From: Bacteroidales bacterium
GTDB taxonomy: Bacteria; Bacteroidota; Bacteroidia; Bacteroidales; UBA12077
NCBI GenBank assembly: GCA_035269575.1
Contig: DATFIZ010000108.1
Span: 370-64,369 of the forward strand
Direction: 5' to 3'
Length of the DNA stretch: 64,000 bases
The stretch's first letter is position 1, and every line of letters begins with the position of its first letter. A program made the position numbers and the translations under genes. This document shows, piece by piece, positions 50,581-59,503 of the stretch. The notes beneath the pieces were generated by a model that saw only the letters and a program-made list of their open reading frames with translations, did no database searches and was not told the DNA's origin.

Positions 50581-50979
50581 ATGGAAAAAAGCATTTCTAT
50601 TCAATCGAAGATTGAAAATATTAATATTGTTGAAAAGCTGATTGATGAAGTTTCTGAAGAAGCTCAAATAAATTCAGAAATATATGGGAAAATGCTGATC
50701 GCAACAGTTGAAGCGGTTAACAACTCTATCGTTCACGGCAATAAAGAAGATGCCAGTAAAAAAGTTACCGTTACCTTTGCTATTAATGAATCTAAGATTT
50801 GTATTTTTATCCAGGACGAAGGCCCCGGATTTAACTATCAGAAGGTTCCTGACCCAACCATTCCTGAAAATATCGAAAACATTTCCGGAAGAGGTGTTTA
50901 TCTGATGCGTCATCTTGCCGATCATGTCCTTTTTCACGAAAATGGTCAAAAAGTAGAGATTCAGTTTGATTTAACATAA
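50581..50979 (+). CDS. RsbW/SpoIIAB-like anti-sigma Ser/Thr kinase (HATPase_c_2)
   Basis: I prefer the ATG at 50581 (MEKSISIQSK) over the TTG at 50545. It has an N-box-like VEAVNNSIVHG and a G-box DEGPGF...GRGVYLM. Confidence 0.7.
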   Translation: MEKSISIQSKIENINIVEKLIDEVSEEAQINSEIYGKMLIATVEAVNNSIVHGNKEDASKKVTVTFAINESKICIFIQDEGPGFNYQKVPDPTIPENIENISGRGVYLMRHLADHVLFHENGQKVEIQFDLT

Positions 50980-50980
50980 C

Positions 50981-51406
50981 ATGGAACTTCAATTTTTCAG
51001 TGAAGACATCGAATTTACCCTCTCTCATCCAAACCGCATTAAAAGCTGGGTTTTTAGCACAATAAAAGAAGAAAGTTTTTCTCCGGGCAATATAAACATT
51101 ATTTTTACTTCAGATAAATATCTGTTAAATATTAATAAACAATACCTTTCTCATAATTACTTCACCGATATTATTACGTTTAATTATGTCCAGGAAAACA
51201 CCATTCACGGAGATGTTTTTATCAGTATAGAAACAGTTAAAAACAATTCCTCCCGGTTTGGTGTTACTTTAGATGATGAGGTTCATCGCGTCATGATTCA
51301 TGGTATACTACATCTTATAGGCTATGATGATGAAACAGATGAACAAAAATCAGAAATGCGCAAAAAAGAAAATGAATATTTAGATAGATTGAAAAATCTT
51401 TTCTAA
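50981..51406 (+). CDS. ybeY: rRNA maturation endoribonuclease YbeY
   Basis: 141 aa with the zinc motif HGILHLIGYDD. Confidence 0.9.
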   Translation: MELQFFSEDIEFTLSHPNRIKSWVFSTIKEESFSPGNINIIFTSDKYLLNINKQYLSHNYFTDIITFNYVQENTIHGDVFISIETVKNNSSRFGVTLDDEVHRVMIHGILHLIGYDDETDEQKSEMRKKENEYLDRLKNLF

Positions 51407-51433
51407 TTTTCCGAAAATTTTAATCGAAAGAAT

Positions 51434-53308
51434 ATGTTGCCAGCTTATGATGTAATTGTTGTAGGAGGAGGGCATGCAGGCTGTGAAGCAGCAGCAGCTG
51501 CTGCAAATATGGGTGCTAACACCTTGTTAATTACAATGGATATGACCAAGTTTGCCCAAATGTCGTGTAATCCTGCTATGGGAGGTATAGCAAAAGGTCA
51601 GATAGTAAGAGAGATTGACGCCTTGGGAGGCTACTCTGCCATTGTTACGGATAAAAGTATGATTCAGTTTCGTATGCTTAACCGTTCAAAGGGTCCAGCC
51701 ATGTGGAGCCCCAGGGCACAGTGCGACAGAACAATTTTTACCACAGAATGGAGGAAGGTGCTTGAACAAATTGAAAAGCTTGACTTATGGCAGGATTTGG
51801 TAACCGAACTTATTATTCAGGAAGGTACGGTTAAAGGGGTAAAAACAAAATTTGGTGTTCAGTTTAATGCTAAGACCGTAATTCTTACCAATGGAACGTT
51901 TATAAATGGAATGATGTATGTGGGCAGGAAAAAAGTTGAAGGTGGAAGAGCAGGCGAAGCTCCATCAAAGGGTATTTCTGAACAGTTAGAGAAGTTTGGC
52001 TTTGAGGTGGGCAGAATGAAAACAGGAACCCCGGCACGACTCGATGGAAGAACGATTGATTTTTCAAAACTCCAGGAACAAAAAGGAGATGACGAAGGAG
52101 GTCAGTTTTCCTTCTTAACGCACGACCACAAACCAAGGAATGACAAAAGTTGTTATATTACCTATACCCATCCTGATGTACACAGTGTATTAGAAACCGG
52201 TTTTAAGGAATCACCTCTTTATACCGGAATTATTGAGGGAATTGGACCTCGCTATTGTCCGAGTATTGAGGACAAGATCGTGACCTTTGCAGACAAAGAT
52301 AAACATCAGCTTTTTCTTGAACCCGAAGGGTTTGAGACCAATGAGTACTATATCAATGGCTTCTCTTCTTCCTTACCCCTGAATGTGCAGTTAAATGCCT
52401 TAAAACTTATCCCCGGACTGGAAAACGTTAAAATCTATCGGCCAGGATATGCCATTGAATACGATTACTATCCGCCCACACAATTAAATCATACTCTTGA
52501 GACAAAATATATCCGGAATCTTTACTTTGCCGGACAGATTAACGGTACAACCGGCTACGAAGAAGCTGGAGCACAAGGACTCATGGCCGGGATAAATTCA
52601 GTGCTAAAAATACGGGAAGAACCAGCATTTATATTAAATCGCGATCAGGCTTATATCGGAGTATTAATAGACGATTTAATAACAAAAGGGGTAGATGAAC
52701 CTTATCGTATGTTTACCTCACGAGCCGAATACCGGATCCTTTTACGACAAGACAATGCAGACATACGACTGACCGAGCTGGGACACAGGCTGGGGCTTGT
52801 TCCTCAGCATCGTTTCGATTTGCTTAAAGACAAGATCCGTTATCGCGACGAGCTGATTGAATTTATAAAAACATACAGTGTATCCCCACCGGAGATAAAT
52901 CCGTTTTTACAAAAAGCAGGAAGTTCTCCCTTAAAGCAAAAGCGCAAATTAATGGATATTGTATTACGGCCAGAAGTTTCTATCAACAAAATTAAGGAAC
53001 ACGTTTTGCCCCTCAAACAGCTGATTGAAAAAATACCGAACCGGAATGAAGAGATTGTCGAATCGGCCGAAGTGTTAATAAAATATTCGGGATATATTGA
53101 AAGGGAACAGCAGGTCGCCGATAAGTTAAAGCGACTGGAACACATTAAAATACCCCCTGCTTTTGATTATGATAAAATTTTTTCATTGTCCACGGAAGCC
53201 CGACAAAAGCTAAGTAAAATAAAGCCCGTTAATATCGGTCAGGCTGCGCGTATCAGTGGGGTTTCCCCTTCTGACGTAAGCGTTCTTTTGGTTTATATGG
53301 GAAGATAG
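51434..53308 (+). CDS. mnmG: tRNA uridine 5-carboxymethylaminomethyl modification enzyme MnmG
   Basis: 624 aa with FAD motif VIVVGGGHAGCEAA and MSCNPAMGGIAKG, GPRYCPSIEDK. Confidence 0.95.
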   Translation: MLPAYDVIVVGGGHAGCEAAAAAANMGANTLLITMDMTKFAQMSCNPAMGGIAKGQIVREIDALGGYSAIVTDKSMIQFRMLNRSKGPAMWSPRAQCDRTIFTTEWRKVLEQIEKLDLWQDLVTELIIQEGTVKGVKTKFGVQFNAKTVILTNGTFINGMMYVGRKKVEGGRAGEAPSKGISEQLEKFGFEVGRMKTGTPARLDGRTIDFSKLQEQKGDDEGGQFSFLTHDHKPRNDKSCYITYTHPDVHSVLETGFKESPLYTGIIEGIGPRYCPSIEDKIVTFADKDKHQLFLEPEGFETNEYYINGFSSSLPLNVQLNALKLIPGLENVKIYRPGYAIEYDYYPPTQLNHTLETKYIRNLYFAGQINGTTGYEEAGAQGLMAGINSVLKIREEPAFILNRDQAYIGVLIDDLITKGVDEPYRMFTSRAEYRILLRQDNADIRLTELGHRLGLVPQHRFDLLKDKIRYRDELIEFIKTYSVSPPEINPFLQKAGSSPLKQKRKLMDIVLRPEVSINKIKEHVLPLKQLIEKIPNRNEEIVESAEVLIKYSGYIEREQQVADKLKRLEHIKIPPAFDYDKIFSLSTEARQKLSKIKPVNIGQAARISGVSPSDVSVLLVYMGR

Positions 53309-53336
53309 TGTTCCACGTGAAACACTATTGTTTTTT
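53307..53336 (+). terminator. Probable mnmG terminator (hairpin overlapping the stop codon)
   Basis: Stem agtgtt/aacact (6 bp) with loop ccacgtga, then att plus T6. It shares the 12-mer gtgttccacgtg with the palindrome 36 bp downstream. Confidence 0.5.
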
Positions 53337-53344
53337 GCTTATCG

Positions 53345-53360
53345 TGTTCCACGTGGAACA
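53345..53360. promoter_or_regulatory. 16-bp perfect palindrome TGTTCCACGTGGAACA just upstream of the adenine deaminase gene
   Basis: Read directly from the sequence. Its centre is CACGTG and it ends 14 nt before the ATG at 53375. It is followed by an A-run, so it is not a plus-strand terminator. Confidence 0.35.
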
Positions 53361-53374
53361 AAAAAGATATAGTT

Positions 53375-55009
53375 ATGAAAAAAGAGTTTGTTGTATCGGG
53401 AAAAGTGGTGGACTTGATTCGCCGCAAAATTGTGAATGCCGATATTTTTATTCGTAATGGTATGATTGAGCAGATTCGGGAAGCGGGTGAAGAATACGAG
53501 AAGTTTATTCTTCCCGGGTTTGTGGATTCGCATGTTCACATCGAGAGCTCCATGTTGATTCCTTCGGGTTTCGCTCGCACAGCAGTTAAACACGGCACAG
53601 TGGCCACCGTTTCGGATCCTCATGAGATAGCCAACGTTATGGGGGTTGACGGCGTTCATTTTATGATTCAAAATGGGAAAAAGGTCCCTTTTAAATTTTA
53701 TTTTGGTGCACCTTCATGTGTCCCTGCCACACCCTTCGAATCATCGGGGGCTGTTATTGATGCCCAAAAAACAAAAAAGCTTTTAGCGGATGATGATATT
53801 TATTTTTTAGCCGAAATGATGAATTTTCCCGGGGTGGTTCATGAGGACGAAGAAGTGCTTCAGAAAATTAAATGTGCGCATCAGGCAGGAAAGCCTGTGG
53901 ATGGTCATGCTCCCGGACTAAGGGGAGAAGGATTAAGGCAGTATGCCGCACAAAAAATTACTACCGATCATGAGTGTTCTTCCCTGGATGAAGCCCTCGA
54001 AAAGATTGAAAAAGGGATAAAGATTCAAATCCGGGAAGGAAGTGCAGCCAAAAATTTTAATAATCTTTTCCCGCTTATTCATACGCATCCGGAACAAATT
54101 ATGTTTTGCACCGACGATTGTCATCCGGATGATTTGATCCGGGGACATATGAACAGAATTGTTGCAAGAGCTGTTGCAGAGGGGGGTGATTTGTTTGATG
54201 TTTTACGTGCAGCAATAGTGAACCCTGTTAAACATTATGGTTTAAATGTGGGCTTGCTACAACCCGGCGATCCTGCTGATTTCATCGTTACTTCTGACCT
54301 GGAGCGGTTTGATATAGAAAAAACCTATATCGCGGGGAATTTGGTTTTTGAAAATGGACAATCATTCATCCCTGTGATAGACGAGGAAGCTGTCAATCAT
54401 TTTAATGCCCGGAAAATTAATACAAACGACATTGTTGTACCTGCAAAAGGAGAAAGAATAAATGTTATTGTGGCAAAGGATGGTGATTTGGTTACTGAAA
54501 AAGTGATGGTCAATGCGAAAATTGAAAATGAACAAGTGGTTGCAGATGTTGACCAGGATATTTTAAAAATTGTGGTTGTTAACCGGTATTCTCCCTCGAA
54601 ACCGGTGGTGGGTTTTATTAGGAATTTTAAATTAAAGAAAGGGGCTATTGCCGGAAGCGTCGCGCACGACAGTCATAATATTATTGCTATAGGCACGAAT
54701 GATGAGGATATTGTTAAGGCGGTAAATAAAATTATAGAATCCAAAGGAGGAATTATTGCCTGCAACGAAAATGATTTGGAAATGCTTGCTTTGGATGTGG
54801 CCGGGTTAATGTCTCGTGAAGACGCAGAAATCGTAGCCCCAAAGTATGATGTGGTAAGCAGAAAAGCAAAAGCTTTTGGATCAAACCTGAATGCTCCCTT
54901 TATGACCATGGCTTTTATGGCTCTTTTGGTTATTCCTGAATTGAAAATTGGAGACCAGGGCTTGTTTGATGTAAAGAAATTCGAATTTGCATCATTATTT
55001 AATGCGTAA
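53375..55009 (+). CDS. ade: Adenine deaminase
   Basis: 544 aa amidohydrolase with metal motif PGFVDSHVHIESS, plus DGHAP and TDDCHPDD. Confidence 0.9.
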   Translation: MKKEFVVSGKVVDLIRRKIVNADIFIRNGMIEQIREAGEEYEKFILPGFVDSHVHIESSMLIPSGFARTAVKHGTVATVSDPHEIANVMGVDGVHFMIQNGKKVPFKFYFGAPSCVPATPFESSGAVIDAQKTKKLLADDDIYFLAEMMNFPGVVHEDEEVLQKIKCAHQAGKPVDGHAPGLRGEGLRQYAAQKITTDHECSSLDEALEKIEKGIKIQIREGSAAKNFNNLFPLIHTHPEQIMFCTDDCHPDDLIRGHMNRIVARAVAEGGDLFDVLRAAIVNPVKHYGLNVGLLQPGDPADFIVTSDLERFDIEKTYIAGNLVFENGQSFIPVIDEEAVNHFNARKINTNDIVVPAKGERINVIVAKDGDLVTEKVMVNAKIENEQVVADVDQDILKIVVVNRYSPSKPVVGFIRNFKLKKGAIAGSVAHDSHNIIAIGTNDEDIVKAVNKIIESKGGIIACNENDLEMLALDVAGLMSREDAEIVAPKYDVVSRKAKAFGSNLNAPFMTMAFMALLVIPELKIGDQGLFDVKKFEFASLFNA

Positions 55010-55012
55010 ATA

Positions 55013-56818
55013 ATGCTGAAAAAACAAAAAGAGAAATTTAAACCCGTCCTTTCTGTCCTTCCTGACGCTCCGGGAGTTTATCAGTTTTTTAATGCTGCCG
55101 GTGAAATTATTTATATCGGTAAGGCCAAGAATATTCAAAAAAGGGTTTCTTCTTATTTTTCAAAAGAGCGGTTTGAGAACAACAAAATAAGAGTGCTTGT
55201 AACAAAAATTGATAAAATTGAATACATTGTTGTTGAAACCGAATCGGATGCTTTGTTGCTTGAAAATAATCTGATAAAAAAATACAGACCGCGGTATAAT
55301 GCCATGCTCAAGGATGATAAAACTTTTCCATGGATATGTATTAAAAAAGAACATTTTCCACGGGTCTTTTATACCCGAAATGTTATTCACGACGGGTCAG
55401 TTTATTTTGGACCCTATACTTCAACCTATATGGTTAAAGTTTTGCTTGACTTAATCCGCCAAATATATCCGCTTCGAAACTGTAACCTGAACCTATCACC
55501 CGAAAAGATTGAAAAAAATGATTATAAACCCTGTCTTGAATATCATTTGGGAAATTGTAAAGCACCATGCATCGGGTTGCAATCTGAGGAAGATTATAAC
55601 CAGTCGATTGAAAACATCAAGCAAATTTTAAAGGGAAATATTCATCAGGTGATTACCTATCTAAACGAATTAATGAATTCTTATGCCACTGACTATAAAT
55701 ACGAATCAGCACAGTTAATTAAAGAAAAAATTGAAATACTGGAAAAGTATAAAAGTAAATCAACCATTGTCAGTCCATCGGTAAATAATGTAGATGTTTT
55801 TTCCATTCTGGATGACCACAATGTTGCTTATGTGAATTTTTTAAAAGTTGTTGAAGGAAGAATTATACAGGCTCATACGGTAGAGATGAAGAAAAAACTT
55901 GATGAACAAGTTACTGATTTACTTGCGATGGCTATTGTTGAGTTAAAGGAAAGATTAGGAAGTGATGCAAAAGAAGTTATTATTCCTTTTACGGTAGATT
56001 TGCCGTTTGAAAATTTGAAATTCACAGTACCTCAACGCGGAGATAAAAAAGCATTACTTGATCTTTCAGAAAGAAATTTAAAATATTACCGCCTGGAAAA
56101 ACAAAAAAAATCAGAAAAGAAAAAAGAGAAGCATTCCGGAAAACGCCTGGTGCAAAAGATAAAGCACGATTTAAATTTGCCCGACTTACCGGTACAAATC
56201 GAATGTTTTGATAATTCCAACATTCAGGGTACCCATCCGGTGGCAGCCTGTGTTGTTTTTAAAAATGCAAAACCAAGCCCCAAAGATTATCGACACTACC
56301 ATATTAAAACCGTTCAGGGTGCCAATGATTTTGCTTCAATGGAGGAGGTTGTTTATCGGCGATACAAAAGATTACTGGATGAAAAGAAGAGCTTACCCCA
56401 ACTTATCGTAATTGATGGAGGGAAAGGACAGTTGAATGCAGCTGTTAACAGCTTAAAAAAGCTAAAGCTTGAAAAAAACATATCCATCATCGGCATAGCC
56501 AAAAGGCTGGAAGAGATATTTTTTCCCGGAGATCCGGTTCCTGTGTACCTGGATAAAAATTCGGAAACGTTAAAAATCATTCAACATTTACGGAACGAAG
56601 CCCATCGTTTTGCGATTAAATTTCATCGCAACAAACGGTCGGGTAATTTTATTAAAAGCGAACTGGAAAACATTCCTGGTATTGGACCGAAGACCATTGA
56701 ACAGCTATTAACAAAATTTAAAACCATTAAAAAACTACGGACGCTTACAAAGGATGAAATATCGAGTGAAATAGGTAACGGCAAGGCAAAATTGTTGTAT
56801 AAATATCTTCATCTGTAA
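55013..56818 (+). CDS. uvrC: Excinuclease ABC subunit C
   Basis: 601 aa with GIY-YIG (GVYQFFNAAGEIIYIGKAKNIQKRV), a UVR domain, an endonuclease domain (IECFDNSNIQG) and a C-terminal HhH. Confidence 0.95.
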   Translation: MLKKQKEKFKPVLSVLPDAPGVYQFFNAAGEIIYIGKAKNIQKRVSSYFSKERFENNKIRVLVTKIDKIEYIVVETESDALLLENNLIKKYRPRYNAMLKDDKTFPWICIKKEHFPRVFYTRNVIHDGSVYFGPYTSTYMVKVLLDLIRQIYPLRNCNLNLSPEKIEKNDYKPCLEYHLGNCKAPCIGLQSEEDYNQSIENIKQILKGNIHQVITYLNELMNSYATDYKYESAQLIKEKIEILEKYKSKSTIVSPSVNNVDVFSILDDHNVAYVNFLKVVEGRIIQAHTVEMKKKLDEQVTDLLAMAIVELKERLGSDAKEVIIPFTVDLPFENLKFTVPQRGDKKALLDLSERNLKYYRLEKQKKSEKKKEKHSGKRLVQKIKHDLNLPDLPVQIECFDNSNIQGTHPVAACVVFKNAKPSPKDYRHYHIKTVQGANDFASMEEVVYRRYKRLLDEKKSLPQLIVIDGGKGQLNAAVNSLKKLKLEKNISIIGIAKRLEEIFFPGDPVPVYLDKNSETLKIIQHLRNEAHRFAIKFHRNKRSGNFIKSELENIPGIGPKTIEQLLTKFKTIKKLRTLTKDEISSEIGNGKAKLLYKYLHL

Positions 56819-56951
56819 TTTTAAAATAGTTACTCCCTCGAAATTGCCAATTCTACGCGTATAAAAAACGCATTAAAAAATCTTTTGTTTTTTGAGCCTC
56901 TGTTCTTAATTCCTTTTATCTTTACAGCTAATTTGGTTAATCTGTTACATT

Positions 56952-58118
56952 ATGCCCGGAGAAAAACATACGGTTGATTTTTTTTCAGTTAAAGATGAAT
57001 TATTATTCCTTTCTGATACGATACCAACAAAGCAAAACAGCTTGTCTGTGGACACCTCACTTAAAAAAGAGACCGGAAAAGATACACTAACACAAGAAGA
57101 CACGACAAGCAATCAAAAGATTGATTATAACCAGCTAAAAATTGATTCAATTTTACGGATAAGTGAAGAGAGAACCCGGCAAATTGAGCTTCAGGCACAA
57201 AAAGAAAAGGAGTTACAGCAAAAGAGAATTTTTATACCCCATATTGATACGGTTAAAATTCTTTCCCGTGAATTTGGAATAACTAACTTTCCGGTAAAAG
57301 AAAGGTTAGAAAATGACCCTCTGAACCAGGATTTCTTCCTTCATTTTAAATGGGTTAAACCGGAACAGGAAAGAGCAAATAAACCGGTATTTATTGAGGA
57401 ATCATCTCCTGTTACAACATCCCATTCCGAAACTACTCCTCCCAAAGATGTAAAACCGATACCTACATCAATAAAAGCGCAATTCGACTGGATAACGATT
57501 TTGCTTGTCGTATCGTTTATTTTGTTTGGATGGATTCGGTTGTTTCATAAAAAATATCTTTTATCACTGTTCAAGTCGATAATAAGCTTTCAGGAAGCCC
57601 ATTCGCTTTACAGGGATAAAAATTCGATGATGCAAAGAGCTTCTTTTTTAGGAAATCTTCTTTTTGTTAGCAATATGTCCTTGTTTATCGTTCAACTGTC
57701 GAAATACTTTAATTTTCAGATAGCAGACGTGGCTGAATATGAGTTGTATTTATTTGTTTTTGCCGGACTGGTAGGTTTGTATATTTTTAGAGCCGTAACG
57801 TCTGGTTTTATTGGCGTAGTCTTTTTAAAACAAGAGGTGTTTGCCGAATATTTTCATCATGTTAACGTATATACCAAAAATATTGGATTATCATTATTTC
57901 CCGTAGTGGTTGCCCTTCAGTTTATCACCCACGAGTATCTTGATTTCATGATATACATTGGGTTTGGACTTGTTTTGTTTTTCTATGTGTTGCAACTATT
58001 AAGGTCTTTTCAAATAATAAATCGCAAGAATGTTTCTGTTTTTTATATGATTTTGTATCTTTGTGCTTTCGAATTTGCGCCTTTTTTGATTCTTTACAAA
58101 ATATATTTAACACTTTAA
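56952..58118 (+). CDS. DUF4271-like membrane protein
   Basis: 388 aa with a low-complexity N-terminal half and a C-terminal half of about 6 TM helices. It sits immediately upstream of the hemD-like gene, as in other Bacteroidota. Confidence 0.6.
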   Translation: MPGEKHTVDFFSVKDELLFLSDTIPTKQNSLSVDTSLKKETGKDTLTQEDTTSNQKIDYNQLKIDSILRISEERTRQIELQAQKEKELQQKRIFIPHIDTVKILSREFGITNFPVKERLENDPLNQDFFLHFKWVKPEQERANKPVFIEESSPVTTSHSETTPPKDVKPIPTSIKAQFDWITILLVVSFILFGWIRLFHKKYLLSLFKSIISFQEAHSLYRDKNSMMQRASFLGNLLFVSNMSLFIVQLSKYFNFQIADVAEYELYLFVFAGLVGLYIFRAVTSGFIGVVFLKQEVFAEYFHHVNVYTKNIGLSLFPVVVALQFITHEYLDFMIYIGFGLVLFFYVLQLLRSFQIINRKNVSVFYMILYLCAFEFAPFLILYKIYLTL

Positions 58119-58168
58119 AATCAGGTGGTTACAAATTTTTGTAAATAAACAAATTCAAATAAGATTAC

Positions 58169-58921
58169 ATGAAAATTAAAAAGATTTTAGTATCACAACC
58201 GGAACCGAAAAATGATAAATCCCCTTATTCTGAACTTGCTGAAAAAAATAAGCTTAAGATTGACTTCAGGCCGTTTATAAAAGTAGAAGGGGTTAGTGCG
58301 AAAGATTTTAGACAGTCCAGAATTGATATTCTGGCACATTCGGGAGTGATTTTTACCAGCCGCACTGCAATTGATCATTTTTTCCGAATTAGTGAGGAGA
58401 TGCGATTGAGCATTCCGGATACCATGAAATATTTTTGTATATCTGAAGCCACAGCATTGTATTTACAAAAATATATCGTTTACAGAAAAAGAAAGATTTT
58501 TTATGGTGATGGGAAATTCGGTGATTTGATGGCTGTAATAAAAAAGCATAAAGAGGAAAAATTTCTGGTGCCGTTATCTGATATCCATAAAGAAGAAATT
58601 CCTAAAAAACTGGAGCAGGCTCGTATTAAATACACAAAAGCCATTATGTATTGTACTGTAAGCGCAGACTTATCAGATTTGTCCGATGTAAATTATGATA
58701 TGCTGGTGTTTTACAGTCCTTCAGGAATAAAATCATTGCTCGAAAATTTTCCTGATTTTGAACAAAATGATACACAAATAGCTTCATTTGGACCGAAAAC
58801 AGCCAAAGCGGTTAAGGATGCCGGATTAAAAGTGAATGTTAAAGCACCAACCAAAGACGCGCCATCCATGACCATGGCTATCGACCAGTTTATTAACAAA
58901 GATGGTAAAAGTAAAAAATAA
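58169..58921 (+). CDS. hemD: Uroporphyrinogen-III synthase family protein
   Basis: 250 aa. The N-terminus KILVSQPEPKNDKSPYSELAEK...IFTSRTAIDHFF matches the Bacteroidota HemD-like family as I recall it. Confidence 0.7.
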   Translation: MKIKKILVSQPEPKNDKSPYSELAEKNKLKIDFRPFIKVEGVSAKDFRQSRIDILAHSGVIFTSRTAIDHFFRISEEMRLSIPDTMKYFCISEATALYLQKYIVYRKRKIFYGDGKFGDLMAVIKKHKEEKFLVPLSDIHKEEIPKKLEQARIKYTKAIMYCTVSADLSDLSDVNYDMLVFYSPSGIKSLLENFPDFEQNDTQIASFGPKTAKAVKDAGLKVNVKAPTKDAPSMTMAIDQFINKDGKSKK

Positions 58922-58946
58922 AGGGTTTATTAAAAATGAACAGGAT

Positions 58947-58974
58947 AAAGGGAGGGTAATGCTTCCCTTTTTTG
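58947..58974 (+). terminator. Rho-independent terminator after hemD-like gene
   Basis: 7-bp stem aaaggga/tcccttt with a 10-nt loop, followed by a T-run. Confidence 0.7.
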
Positions 58975-59024
58975 TTTTTAATAAACAGAATGATTTTAAT
59001 TATCTTTGAGTAAATAATGAACAG

Positions 59025-59426
59025 ATGATATCGCAGAAATTTTCCAAAAAGGAACGATTAAAAAGCAGGAAAAAAATTCACCATTTATTTGAATACGGAA
59101 AGCAGTTTAAACATTATCCTTTCCGCATTATCTGGCAAGTCGAGGAACAGTACAATCCTTCAGTCTTAGCCCGGATAGCTATAAGTGTAAGCAAGCGGAA
59201 CATTAAAAAAGCAAAGGACAGAAATTATATTAAAAGGAAAATAAGAGAAGCGTATCGAAAAAATAAATATTTATTGTATAATGATTTACAGGAACGTAAG
59301 CAGAGTATCTCTTTTATGGTGATTTTTAGCTCATCGGATGATTTAAGCCAGATGTCTGTTGAAAATGAGTTAGTTAAGGCTCTCCGAAAATTTATTAAAG
59401 CATTGATTAAATATAATAAACGGTAA
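59025..59426 (+). CDS. rnpA: Ribonuclease P protein component
   Basis: 133 aa, basic, with FSKKERLKSRKKIHHLF and the RNR-like box KAKDRNYIKRKIREAYR. Confidence 0.85.
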   Translation: MISQKFSKKERLKSRKKIHHLFEYGKQFKHYPFRIIWQVEEQYNPSVLARIAISVSKRNIKKAKDRNYIKRKIREAYRKNKYLLYNDLQERKQSISFMVIFSSSDDLSQMSVENELVKALRKFIKALIKYNKR

Positions 59427-59503
59427 ATTATGCGTTAAAATTTGTTAAATTTAAACAACAAGCATCATTCGCCGTTATAATTCTTTAAATTTGTTAAGTT
59501 GAA

